From: an uncultured Ilumatobacteraceae bacterium
GTDB taxonomy: Bacteria > Actinomycetota > Acidimicrobiia > Acidimicrobiales > Ilumatobacteraceae
DNA: 48,207 nucleotides
Assembly: GCA_964549065.1 (NCBI GenBank)
Contig: CAZJUC010000001.1
Coordinates: forward strand, 1 to 48,207
Direction: 5' to 3'
Shown: in pieces, positions 29,472 to 38,053 of the stretch
Layout: each line of letters starts with the position of its first letter
Position numbering within the stretch: the stretch's first letter is position 1
Notes under the pieces: generated by a model
The model's input: only the letters and a program-made list of their open reading frames with translations
Told to the model about the DNA's origin: nothing
Database searches by the model: none
Made by a program: the position numbers and the translations under genes

Positions 29472-30265
29472 CGGGAACGCACCTCCGCCACGATCGTGTC
29501 GTACCGAGCGGCGAGGTCGCCGTCGTCGAGACGAGACCACCCACCGGCATCGATGGTCGCCACCACCGGATAGATCCCACGCAATGCGTCAGGCCCACCG
29601 GTCGCCGAATCGGCGTCGGCAGCCTCCCACAACGCTCGCGCGGCGAGGTTGACGGCGTCATCGCGGCCCATGTCGCCGCGGTAGCCGACCTTGATGACGG
29701 TGCCCGCATGCAGGCTGCCGGAGCCGGTGGCGACGTAGTCGCGCTCCTCGTAGCGGCCACCGGTGGCGTCGTAGTCCCACAGCCGGCCGCATTCGCGGCG
29801 CAGGTCGTAACCGCCGAAGATCGGTACCACCACCATCCCCATCATCGCCGCCTGCAGGTTGCCGCGCACCATCATCGAGAGCTGGTTCGCCTTGCCCTCC
29901 AGGCTCAGTGCGGTGCCCTCGACCTTCTCGTAGTGCTCGAGCTGGAGCTGGAACAACCGGATCATCTCCATCGCCGCGCCCGCTGCACCGGCGATGGCGA
30001 CGCCACTGTGCCGATCGGCCTCGACGACCTTCTCCATCGTGCGATGCGAGATGAGGTTGCCGGCCGTGGCGCGGCGGTCACCGGCCATCACGACACCGTC
30101 CACGTAGGTCAGTGCCACGCACGTCGTGGCGTGCGGCAACGACAGCTCGCGCATCAGGTCGGTGGATGCGCCGACCATCGCGTCGGGTCCGAGACCGACT
30201 CGCCGCAGCAACTCCGGGAAGCTCGACCCCGGGTCGTCGGAGGTCGAGAACAACGGCATCGTCAC
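29468..30265 (-). CDS. prcB: 20S proteasome beta subunit (with propeptide)
   Basis: Propeptide ending ...SLPHA followed by TTCVALTY (catalytic Thr1), then GDRRAT and AIAGAAG.A. Confidence 0.95.
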   Translation of the reverse strand: MTMPLFSTSDDPGSSFPELLRRVGLGPDAMVGASTDLMRELSLPHATTCVALTYVDGVVMAGDRRATAGNLISHRTMEKVVEADRHSGVAIAGAAGAAMEMIRLFQLQLEHYEKVEGTALSLEGKANQLSMMVRGNLQAAMMGMVVVPIFGGYDLRRECGRLWDYDATGGRYEERDYVATGSGSLHAGTVIKVGYRGDMGRDDAVNLAARALWEAADADSATGGPDALRGIYPVVATIDAGGWSRLDDGDLAARYDTIVAEVRSR

Positions 30266-30268
30266 GGG

Positions 30269-30466
30269 TTACTGTCCGCCCTTTTGCACGTAGGACTTCA
30301 CGAAGTCCTCGGCATTGGTCTCCAACACCTCGTCGATCTCGTCGAGCAGGTCGTCGAGCTCGGCCTTGAGCTTCTCGCCGGTTTCGGTGACCGCCGGAGC
30401 GGCGTCCGTCGTGGTCTCCCCGTCTCGGCTCGTGGTGGCCTTCGACTTCTGGGTGCGTTCTGCCAT
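30269..30466 (-). CDS. pup: prokaryotic ubiquitin-like protein Pup
   Basis: 65 aa, disordered N-terminus, ending LDDLLDEIDEVLETNAEDFVKSYVQKGGQ (C-terminal GGQ, which requires deamidation by Dop). Confidence 0.95.
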   Translation of the reverse strand: MAERTQKSKATTSRDGETTTDAAPAVTETGEKLKAELDDLLDEIDEVLETNAEDFVKSYVQKGGQ

Positions 30467-30503
30467 CAGCTGGTGCTTCCCTTCGGTGAGTCGGATGAAT
30501 CGT

Positions 30504-31997
30504 TCACTGGCCGAGACGGTCGAGGAGCTCTCGTGCCGTCTCGCACTCGTCGATCAAGGTACCAACGTGGTCGGCGGTCCCGCGTAGCGGTTCCATCATC
30601 GGTACTCGCCGCAACGGGTCGCGGCCGACGTCGAACACCAGCGAATCCCAGTTGGCGGCGACGACGTCGTCCGGAAACTTCTGGAGGCATCGGCCACGGA
30701 AGTAGGCCCGGGTCGTGGTCGGCGGCTCGGTCATCGCAGCAGCCACCTCCGCCGGGGTCACCACGGTGTCGAGGCCAGCGCGGAGCGCGAGACATCGGTC
30801 GAGTCGGAGGTCGTGGTACTGCAGGTCGATCGCCTTCAGGCGCGCCGAGCCGGGCTCGACGCCGTGGCGTGCGGCATAGCCCTCGACGAGCCGCTGCTTC
30901 GCGACCCAGTCGACCCAGTTCGCCACCGACCCGGGATCGGTTTCGAGACCGGCGAGCACTGTCTCCCACTTCGCGAGGATGTCGGCCCCGATGCCGTCGC
31001 CGACACAGTCGAGTCCGTGCGACTGCTCGTACTTGCGTGCACGCTCGAGCAGGCCCCATTGGATCTCGAGGGCAGTTGCCCGACTGCCGTCTCGCAGCAT
31101 GATCGTCTGGCTCAGCGACGGGTCGTGGCTGACCTGGCGAATCGCGGCGACCGGGTTGCCGAGCAGCCACTCGTCGCCGAGTTCGTCGTCCTCGATCATC
31201 GCGAGCACGATCGCCGTGGTGCCGACCTTGAGGTAGGTGGCGACCTCGCTCATGTTGGCATCGCCCACGATCACGTGGAGGCGGCGGTACTTCTGGGCGT
31301 CGGCGTGAGGTTCGTCGCGGGTGTTCACGATCGGGCGCTTCAACGTGGTCTCGAGTCCGATCTCCTCTTCGAAGAAGTCGGCTCGTTGGCTCAGCTGGTA
31401 CGCCACGTGGTCGTCGGGGCGCCCTGGAAGCTCACAGCCGACCTTGCCGGCGCCGCAGAACACCTGGCGGGTGACGAAGTGCGGGGTGATCTGGCTCGCC
31501 ATCCGTCCGAACGGGGTCTCGCGCGCGAGGAGGTAGTTCTCGTGGCAGCCGTAGCTGTTGCCCTTGCCGTCCGAGTTGTTCTTGTGGACGATGATCTCGC
31601 CGCCGTCGGGCAGCAACGACCTGACGTGTTGCATCGAGGCACGTACGATCTCCTCGGCGGCACGATCCCAGACGAGCGCCTCGCGGGCGTTGGTGACCTC
31701 GGGTGTGGAGATCTCGGGATGGGCATGGTCGACGTAGTAGCGCGCACCGTTGGTGAGCACGGCATTGACCAGCATCGTCTCGACCTCGGGTGCCAGCGAG
31801 GTGTCGAGTTCGAACCCACGCGCGTCGTTCGCGGGCTGCTCGTCCTCGAAGTCCCAGCCGATTCTCCCGCGATCTCGGTTGGTGGCCGTGACATAGGAGT
31901 TGATCAGCATCGACGAGGCCGACACGGGGTTGTTGTCGCCGCCACGTACGACGATGCCGTACTCGGTCTCGATCCCGCACACCTTGGGGAGCGCCAT
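30504..31997 (-). CDS. dop: Pup deamidase/depupylase Dop
   Basis: MALPKVCGIETEYGI...TNGARYYVDHAHPE...[11 protein letters not shown]...[26 protein letters not shown]...TRAYFRGRCL: the Dop/PafA fold with a Dop-type C-terminus, adjacent to pup. Confidence 0.95.
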   Translation of the reverse strand: MALPKVCGIETEYGIVVRGGDNNPVSASSMLINSYVTATNRDRGRIGWDFEDEQPANDARGFELDTSLAPEVETMLVNAVLTNGARYYVDHAHPEISTPEVTNAREALVWDRAAEEIVRASMQHVRSLLPDGGEIIVHKNNSDGKGNSYGCHENYLLARETPFGRMASQITPHFVTRQVFCGAGKVGCELPGRPDDHVAYQLSQRADFFEEEIGLETTLKRPIVNTRDEPHADAQKYRRLHVIVGDANMSEVATYLKVGTTAIVLAMIEDDELGDEWLLGNPVAAIRQVSHDPSLSQTIMLRDGSRATALEIQWGLLERARKYEQSHGLDCVGDGIGADILAKWETVLAGLETDPGSVANWVDWVAKQRLVEGYAARHGVEPGSARLKAIDLQYHDLRLDRCLALRAGLDTVVTPAEVAAAMTEPPTTTRAYFRGRCLQKFPDDVVAANWDSLVFDVGRDPLRRVPMMEPLRGTADHVGTLIDECETARELLDRLGQ

Positions 31998-32134
31998 GCC
32001 CTGAACCTAGCGGAGCCCGTGGCCCAGGCGACGTTCAGCTTGGATTACACCACCCGTCGTCCCCCACCACCCTGGGCACCTGGACCCCCACCACCCGGGG
32101 GCGCCTTGAACCCGCGAGCTCCGGGAGCGGCGGG

Positions 32135-33352
32135 TCAGACGACGTCGAAGCGGACGCCGGCGTGGGCTTCGAGCCGTTCGACGAGCGCGTCGCCGAATGC
32201 GCTGGCGGGCGTCCAGAAGCCACCTCCGACGTCCGTGGAGTCGGCATCGAGGAACGCAACCGCCGACTCGCCGAGCATCTTGGCCGTCGAGCCGTAGCCC
32301 GGGTCGGCGTCGCCGGTGACCTTGGTGCGGATCTCCCGACCGTCTGCGGTCGTCCCGACGAAGCGGAGATCGAAGTACCCCGCCTGTTGTTTGGCGGCGC
32401 TCGGACCGTCGCCCGGCTTGGGGATCACCTTGGCGAGCAGCTTTCGGGTCGGTCCCAGGCTGGCCGCGCCGGCGAACGCTGCCAGCCCGGTGGTCATCGC
32501 CCATGCGATCGCTCCGCCGGTGAGACCGTCGCCGGTCATCATCGTCTCGCCGTAGGTGAAATCACGCCCCCACGGCTGGCCGAGCAGCGCGTGGCTGCGA
32601 AGGACCACGGCGGAGTTGGTCGGCGCCATCACGAACGGTGCCACCCAACTCTCGAAGCGATCGTCGCGCGTCGGCCGGCCCATCCCGGGCTGCTTCGGCC
32701 CGTCGCGCATGTCGACCGGCGCGAGCACGTAGGGGTTGGCGACCGTCTTGCGCAGCTCGGGGTCGTCGGCCATCTCCTCGAACATCGCCATCCCACTCGC
32801 CGCGGTGCCGCCGCTGACGCCACCCTTGGCGCCCTTCACCGACATCCGCACCTCGACACACGGCTCGCCGAACTGCTCGATGGCCCGCTGCTGGGTGAAC
32901 CAGGTCCCGAGGTCCGAGGGGATCGAGTCGAAACCGCACGTGTGCACGATGCGCGCTCCGGTCTGCTCGGCGCGGCTCTGGTGCTCGTCGATCATGCGTC
33001 GCATCCACTGCACCTCTCCGGTGAGGTCGCAGTAGTCGCCGCCCGCCTCGACGACCGCAGCCACGAGCTCCGAGCCGTACAACGCATACGGACCGACGGT
33101 GGAAGCCACCACCTGCGTCGACGCCGCCATCTGGTCGAGTGCGACGCGATCAGCTGCGTCAGCGACGATCCTCGGTACGTCGGCCCCGGTCGATCTGGCG
33201 ACCTCGTCCAGCTTCGACTCGTTCCGACCGGCGATCGCCCAGCGCAACTCGCCGTCGGTGCCGTGGCGCCGAACGAGGTATCGGCACAGGATCTGGCCGA
33301 CGAAGCTGGTGGCTCCGTAGACGACGACGTCGTACTGGCGCCCCGCGATCAC
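32135..33352 (-). CDS. saccharopine dehydrogenase-like NAD(P)-binding oxidoreductase (trans-acting enoyl reductase family)
   Basis: From GTG 33352: [26 protein letters not shown]...WAIAGRN..KL (Rossmann motif). GTGA overlap with the mpa stop. The track ORF 32135..34261 is over-extended into mpa. Confidence 0.78.
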   Translation of the reverse strand: MIAGRQYDVVVYGATSFVGQILCRYLVRRHGTDGELRWAIAGRNESKLDEVARSTGADVPRIVADAADRVALDQMAASTQVVASTVGPYALYGSELVAAVVEAGGDYCDLTGEVQWMRRMIDEHQSRAEQTGARIVHTCGFDSIPSDLGTWFTQQRAIEQFGEPCVEVRMSVKGAKGGVSGGTAASGMAMFEEMADDPELRKTVANPYVLAPVDMRDGPKQPGMGRPTRDDRFESWVAPFVMAPTNSAVVLRSHALLGQPWGRDFTYGETMMTGDGLTGGAIAWAMTTGLAAFAGAASLGPTRKLLAKVIPKPGDGPSAAKQQAGYFDLRFVGTTADGREIRTKVTGDADPGYGSTAKMLGESAVAFLDADSTDVGGGFWTPASAFGDALVERLEAHAGVRFDVV

Positions 33353-35079
33353 AGATACTGGCCCGTTGCCACGCGCTCGATCGCCCGGCCACCGGACGGA
33401 TCCTCCTCGGCGGTCTCGGACACGAGCGTGCGGATGAACACGATCCGCTCGCCCTTCTTGCCGGAGATCTTCGCCCAGTCGTCGGGATTGGTGGTGTTCG
33501 GGAGGTCTTCGTGCTCCTTGTACTCCTGCTTGATCGACGCGAGGAGGTCGTCGGTGCACACACCTTTCGCTCCCCCGTCGATGACCCGCTTGATCGCCAA
33601 CTTCTTCGCCCGCCGCACCACGTTCTCGATCATGGCGCCCGACGAGAAGTCCTTGTAGTAGAGGATCTCCTTGTCGCCGTTCTGGTACGTGACCTCGAGG
33701 AACCGGTTGGCCTCGTCGTCTCGGTACATCTCGGTGACGGTGTCGTCGATCATGTCGGGGATCGACTCCCCGGCCATGATCGGGATCTCGTCGGTGAGGT
33801 AGCGAGCGAAGATCGACTTCGCCGCGTCCGCGTTGGGCCGCTCGATCTTGATCTTCACGTCGAGACGCCCGGGGCGCAGAATCGCCGGATCGATCAGGTC
33901 TTCGCGGTTGGTGGCCCCGATCACGATCACGTTCTTCAGACCCTCGACACCGTCGATCTCCGACAGCAACTGCGGCACGATGGTGGACTCCATGTCGGAG
34001 CTGATGCCCGAGCCCCGGGTGCGGAACATCGAGTCCATCTCGTCGAAGAACACGATCACCGGCCAGCCCTCGTCGCTCTTCTCCCGAGCCCGCTGGAAGA
34101 CGAGGCGGATCTGCCGCTCGGTCTCGCCGACGTACTTGTTGAGCAGCTCCGGGCCCTTGATGTTGATGAAGTAGCTGCGACCCTTGCCCTCGCCGATGGT
34201 CTCGGCGACCTTCTTCGCGAGGCTGTTGGCGACCGCTTTGGCGATCAACGTCTTGCCGCAACCGGGAGGCCCGTACAACAAGATCCCCTTCGGTGCCGGC
34301 AGCTGGTGTTCGGCGAACAGATCCTGGTGCAGGAACGGCAGCTCGACGGCGTCGGCGATCTGCTCGATCTGGTCGTCGAGGCCACCGATGTCGGTGTACG
34401 CGATGTCGGGGACCTCTTCGAGCAACAGGTGCTCGACCTCGGGCCGCGGGAGCTTCTCGAGCAGCAGGTTCGAGCGGGTGTCGAGACGCAGGTGGTCGCC
34501 GGAGCGGATGTGCGTGCCGCGAATGGCATCGGCCAACTCGCAGACGCGCTCCTCGTCGGCCCGGCCGACCACGACGATGCGGACGCCGTCCTCCATCACC
34601 TCTTTCACGGTGACGACCTCGCCGGTGATCTCCGGCATCCGTGCCATCACGACGTTGTAGCTCTCGTTCAACACGACTTCGGCACCGCGGTCGAGCAGCT
34701 CGTGGTCGATGTCCGGGTGCAGCGCCACACGCATCTTGCGCCCACTGGTGAGGACGTCGACGGTGTCGTCGTCGTTCTTGCCGACGACGACACCGTATGC
34801 GGAAGGAGGCTGCGACAACTTGTCGACCTCGTCGCGCAACGTGGCGATGTGTTCGCGCGCCTCTCGCAACGTGTAGGACAGCTTCTCGTTCTGGCCGACC
34901 GCGGCAGCGAGTTGCCCCTTGGTCTCGAGGAGTCGTTCCTCGAGGGAGTGCACTCGCTTGGGGCCGTCGGCGAGGCGCGCCCTGAGGTGGGCGATCTCGT
35001 CGGCCAGCGCTGCGAGTTCGTCGGTCTCGCTCCTGCCGTCTTCGTTGGTCGACCGTGGATCGTCCGCAGAGGTTGCCAT
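33349..35079 (-). CDS. mpa: proteasome-associated AAA+ ATPase Mpa/ARC
   Basis: From ATG 35079: N-terminal coiled coil ([22 protein letters not shown]), OB domains, Walker A GPPGCGKT, and the C-terminal ...ATGQYL proteasome-docking tail. Confidence 0.95.
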   Translation of the reverse strand: MATSADDPRSTNEDGRSETDELAALADEIAHLRARLADGPKRVHSLEERLLETKGQLAAAVGQNEKLSYTLREAREHIATLRDEVDKLSQPPSAYGVVVGKNDDDTVDVLTSGRKMRVALHPDIDHELLDRGAEVVLNESYNVVMARMPEITGEVVTVKEVMEDGVRIVVVGRADEERVCELADAIRGTHIRSGDHLRLDTRSNLLLEKLPRPEVEHLLLEEVPDIAYTDIGGLDDQIEQIADAVELPFLHQDLFAEHQLPAPKGILLYGPPGCGKTLIAKAVANSLAKKVAETIGEGKGRSYFINIKGPELLNKYVGETERQIRLVFQRAREKSDEGWPVIVFFDEMDSMFRTRGSGISSDMESTIVPQLLSEIDGVEGLKNVIVIGATNREDLIDPAILRPGRLDVKIKIERPNADAAKSIFARYLTDEIPIMAGESIPDMIDDTVTEMYRDDEANRFLEVTYQNGDKEILYYKDFSSGAMIENVVRRAKKLAIKRVIDGGAKGVCTDDLLASIKQEYKEHEDLPNTTNPDDWAKISGKKGERIVFIRTLVSETAEEDPSGGRAIERVATGQYL

Positions 35080-35182
35080 GGGCCGAATGTACACGCAGTC
35101 ACATGAATCGTGTTTGCACGTGCTTGGCCGTGTAAACTGATCGTCACAGGACAACCCCCACCGAACGAGGAGCCCCACTGAC

Positions 35183-35428
35183 ATGAAGGTCTGGATCGAC
35201 CAGGATCTGTGCACCGGCGACGGCCTGTGCGAGGAGATCGCCCCCGACGTCTTCACCCTGCTCGACGACGGCCTCGCGTATGTCGTCGAAGGCGACAAGA
35301 TCTTCGCCGAGGCCAAGGGCAACGCCCAGGGCGCCGAAGGTCTCGCCGAGATCCCCGACGGGCAGCTCGAAGCGGTCATCGAGTCCGCCGAGGAATGCCC
35401 CGGCGAGTGCATCTACATCGAACCCTGA
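35183..35428 (+). CDS. small single-cluster ferredoxin (CxxDxxC...CP type)
   Basis: [24 protein letters not shown]...[18 protein letters not shown] 11 nt upstream. Confidence 0.85.
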   Translation: MKVWIDQDLCTGDGLCEEIAPDVFTLLDDGLAYVVEGDKIFAEAKGNAQGAEGLAEIPDGQLEAVIESAEECPGECIYIEP

Positions 35429-35461
35429 TGACGCCAGGGGTCAGACCCCACACGTGATCGA
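35426..35461 (+). repeat. 36-nt hairpin repeat, copy A (begins with the ferredoxin stop codon)
   Basis: TGATGACGCCAGGGGTCAGACCCCACACGTGATCGA. About 33 of 36 positions are identical to copy B at 46806..46841, and the core ACGCCAGGGGTCAGACCCCA is identical. Confidence 0.7.
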
Positions 35462-35466
35462 GCATC

Positions 35467-35492
35467 GGCCCCGAGGGTGATCCTTCGGGGCC
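35467..35492. terminator. GC hairpin between convergent ferredoxin and trmI genes
   Basis: GGCCCCGA (35467..35474) pairs with TCGGGGCC (35485..35492) around a 10-nt loop. No U-tract, which is common in high-GC actinobacteria. Confidence 0.45.
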
Positions 35493-35506
35493 GTGACGCG
35501 TCGGGA

Positions 35507-36292
35507 TCAGGCCTCGTTCCGACCGAGGAAGCGGGCAACGCTCAAGAACGCCGTGTGCGCGACCATCCTGTGGTCGGGTCGGACGGCCTGGCCCTCGATG
35601 TACCAGCCACGGTGCAGCACCTCGATCGTGCGGGCGTCGATCCACTTGCCCTTCAGTGCCTCACGCACCTGCACGGCCTGGGTGATCGAGGGCGTGTAGG
35701 CCACCAGGAGCCCACCGGGTTGCAACACCGCCTCGGCATTGGGGACGACGTTCCACGGCTCGGGCAGGTCGAGGACGACCCGGTCGAACATGCCCAGCGA
35801 CGCGTCGATCCCTTCGTAGCTGTCGGCGATGTGGACGTCGTAGCGGTCCAGCGCGTCGTGACCGAGAAAGCTGTCGACGTTCTTCTTCGCCCGGTTGGCG
35901 AAATCTTCGCGGATCTCGTACCCGACGATGTCCGCGCCGTAGCGCAACATGGTCATCGACAGCGCTCCCGAACCGATCCCGGTCTCGAACACCCGAACGC
36001 CCGGCCCGATGTCCGCGAGCATGCAGATCGGCGCCAGATCCTTGGGATAGATCACTTGTGCGCCGCGGGGCATCTCGACCACGAAGTCCTCGAGGGTCGG
36101 GCGCAGCACGCGGTACTCGGATCCCTTGGTCGAACGAACCACCACGCCCTCGCGCTGGCCGACGATGTCGGCATGCGCAACGAACCCGTTGTGGCTGTGG
36201 AACTCGCCGTCGTCGACGAGATCGATCATGTAGCGACGCTTCTTCGTGTCGAGCAGCAGCGCCTTCTCCCCCGCCGAGAATGCACCGGTCAT
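35507..36292 (-). CDS. trmI: tRNA (adenine58-N1)-methyltransferase TrmI
   Basis: From ATG 36292: MTGAFSAGEKALLLDTKKRRYMIDL...GAQVIYPKDLAPI...VFETGIGSGALSM, as in Mtb Rv2118c, with the same position beside mpa. AGGTGAGG SD. Confidence 0.88.
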   Translation of the reverse strand: MTGAFSAGEKALLLDTKKRRYMIDLVDDGEFHSHNGFVAHADIVGQREGVVVRSTKGSEYRVLRPTLEDFVVEMPRGAQVIYPKDLAPICMLADIGPGVRVFETGIGSGALSMTMLRYGADIVGYEIREDFANRAKKNVDSFLGHDALDRYDVHIADSYEGIDASLGMFDRVVLDLPEPWNVVPNAEAVLQPGGLLVAYTPSITQAVQVREALKGKWIDARTIEVLHRGWYIEGQAVRPDHRMVAHTAFLSVARFLGRNEA

Positions 36293-36305
36293 GGTCGCCT
36301 CACCT

Positions 36306-37277
36306 TCATCGTGTCCTCGATCCACTGCGTCTCGACACCATCTCGACCGGTACCGGTTCGTGCGCGCTCGACTTCTCGACCAGCCTGCAGAACGCACAGA
36401 CCTCGCCCGTCGTCGGTGAACCGCAGCGCGTGCAGTCGTGCACCGCACCGGTGGCGGCGGCCGACTGGCCGGCGAGCAGCGGCGCCATCCGTTCGAGGAA
36501 TCCGAGGTAGAACGAGGCCTTCGAGCCCGGCGACCGCGTCTCGATGGTGTTCAGTGATTCCTTGTACGACAGATGACGATTGCCTGCCGCGATCGGACAT
36601 TCCTCGACGACGTAGTCGATCCCGCGCACGAGACACCATGCGGCCGTCTCGCGCTCGGTGAGTCGTACGAGCGGCTTCGCCTTCTTCGGGAACCCGTTGG
36701 CCGCTGGCAACACCGGCAGCTGCCGGGCCAGATAGTCGAGGTCCCAACGCAGTGTGTTGCCGAACAGCACTGCGGCTTCGTCGTCGAGGTTGTGTCCCGT
36801 GACCAGGACGTCGTAGCCGCCGTCGCGTGCGGCCTGGTCGAAGAGGCGCCGCTTCGAGAGCCCGCACGCCGAACAGGGCACGCGGCCGGTGGCGTGCGAC
36901 GCCGTGGGCACGTCGTAGCCGTAGTCGCGTCGCAGGTCGATCGTGCGCAGCGTCAACTCGCGCTCGGCGGCGAAACGTTCGACGTAGCCCCCACAGTCGT
37001 CGGAGTAGTCTCCGATCCCGAGCCCGATGTACAGCCCGTCGGCCTGGTACCCGGCCTCGACGAGCATGTCCCACACCGCGAGCGAGTCCTTGCCTCCGCT
37101 CACCGCCACCAGGATCCTGTCGCCGGGGACGAACATGTCGAAGTCGTCGACCGCCTTGGCCATCTGACGACGGCAGAACTGCTGGAGGTGTTCGGCGCAG
37201 AACTTCGCGTTGTGGCGCGGCAGGTCGATGACCGCCGGTGCCTTGCACACCCTGCACTTGCTGGCGACCGCGGTCAT
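36306..37277 (-). CDS. ttuA: TtuA-type PP-loop tRNA 2-thiolase (tRNA-5-methyluridine54 2-sulfurtransferase family)
   Basis: N-terminal zinc finger CRVC...FCAEH, PP-loop SGGKDS, cluster cysteines PCSAC and ECP, HNLDDEA, and a C-terminal zinc finger CTRC...CAFC. I prefer ATG 37277 (GACGAGG SD) over the track start 37319. Confidence 0.75.
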   Translation of the reverse strand: MTAVASKCRVCKAPAVIDLPRHNAKFCAEHLQQFCRRQMAKAVDDFDMFVPGDRILVAVSGGKDSLAVWDMLVEAGYQADGLYIGLGIGDYSDDCGGYVERFAAERELTLRTIDLRRDYGYDVPTASHATGRVPCSACGLSKRRLFDQAARDGGYDVLVTGHNLDDEAAVLFGNTLRWDLDYLARQLPVLPAANGFPKKAKPLVRLTERETAAWCLVRGIDYVVEECPIAAGNRHLSYKESLNTIETRSPGSKASFYLGFLERMAPLLAGQSAAATGAVHDCTRCGSPTTGEVCAFCRLVEKSSAHEPVPVEMVSRRSGSRTR

Positions 37278-37308
37278 CAGGCCTCGTCGCTCGCGATGCT
37301 CACACCGC

Positions 37309-37509
37309 TCACGCCGCACCGCCAGAGATCACCGGTCGCACCTCGACGGTGTCGTCGGCGTCGAGACGGGCGTCACCGGGAACGAGGGTGCCGTTACGGA
37401 TGACCAGGTGGGCCTCGCGGCTGAGGCCGAGGTCGTCGAGGAGGCGATCGACACTTCGGCCACCGTCGACATCGATCTCCCGCCGCGGGTTGCGCAGCAG
37501 GACCTTCAC
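37309..37509 (-). CDS. ThiS/MoaD/TtuB-like ubiquitin-fold sulfur-carrier protein ending in GG-AA
   Basis: GTG 37509 gives 66 aa: VKVLLRNPRREIDVDGGRSVDRLLDDLGLSREAHLVIRNGTLVPGDARLDADDTVEVRPVISGGAA*. The length, the ...V...P.(I/V)(S/G)GG tail and the position just upstream of ttuA fit a beta-grasp carrier. It is only the tail of track ORF 37309..37962. Confidence 0.6.
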   Translation of the reverse strand: MKVLLRNPRREIDVDGGRSVDRLLDDLGLSREAHLVIRNGTLVPGDARLDADDTVEVRPVISGGAA

Positions 37510-37817
37510 GATGACTGCTGCGCCGCCTCGAGCTCGGAGCGTGCCGCAGCGGCGAGCGAATCCTTCGAGAGGCCGGCGCGCTTGGCCTGCCGACGCGTCA
37601 ACGGCGCTGCTGCAGCGACCGTCATCACGCTGCCCACCCCGATCGTGCGCTTCGCGAGCATCTCGGGTTGCTTGCCGAACACCTTCTTGATCGTGCTGCG
37701 ACCGAAGACGAACGCAGCAACGACCTTCCACACGAGGCTGGGGCCGAGCACCCCTTTGCGCATCGCGTTGCGCCGAACGATGAACGACGGCCGCAGCGTG
37801 AGCGGGATCAGCGCCAT
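37506..37817 (-). CDS. hypothetical very basic 103-aa protein with one hydrophobic segment
   Basis: TGATG-coupled to the upstream ORF and GTGA-coupled to the Ubl ORF. G/C-rich third codon positions. No family recognised. Confidence 0.5.
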   Translation of the reverse strand: MALIPLTLRPSFIVRRNAMRKGVLGPSLVWKVVAAFVFGRSTIKKVFGKQPEMLAKRTIGVGSVMTVAAAAPLTRRQAKRAGLSKDSLAAAARSELEAAQQSS

Positions 37818-38041
37818 CAGATACGTCGGATCTCGACAACGGTGCTGCGCTTCTTGCCCGAGCGTTTGCCGAGGAGGAACACGATGAGGAGCAGCGCGAA
37901 ACCCCCGGCCGCTGCGGCCGTGGCGATGGTCGACTTCTTGTCGTCGACCTTGCTCTGGACATCGCCCTGCAACGCCTTGAGCTTGTTCTCGAGGTCCTGC
38001 GGGGTGATCTTGGTGTCGGCCTCAGCCGTCTTGTTCGCCAT
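37817..38041 (-). CDS. hypothetical 74-aa tail-anchored membrane protein
   Basis: Strong AAGGAG SD 8 nt upstream of ATG 38041. An N-terminal helical, charged region is followed by AAAAGGFALLLIVFLLG (TM). Confidence 0.55.
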   Translation of the reverse strand: MANKTAEADTKITPQDLENKLKALQGDVQSKVDDKKSTIATAAAAGGFALLLIVFLLGKRSGKKRSTVVEIRRI

Positions 38042-38053
38042 GGCGCAGGCTCC

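Noticed and set aside
32135-34261. 5'-extended versions of track ORFs (32135..34261, 40605..43346, 23169..24527, 24642..25886, 8705..10555, 7779..8942, 33349..35412, 35507..36448)
   Set aside because: In each case the conserved protein begins at an internal ATG or GTG, often forming an ATGA/GTGA/TGATG junction with the upstream gene. The extra N-terminal residues are Arg/Pro-rich and overlap a neighbouring real gene.
33139-35106. + strand ORF 33139..35106 (655 aa)
   Set aside because: It is the mirror of mpa/ARC (Walker A, GQYL tail on the minus strand) and has no motifs of its own.
35092-35150. Possible CRP-like or promoter elements in the mpa-ferredoxin divergent region (TGTAA-N8-TCACA; ACACG..CGTGT)
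   Set aside because: The spacing is wrong for CRP (N8, not N6), the half-sites are imperfect, and no convincing -35/-10 pair could be placed.
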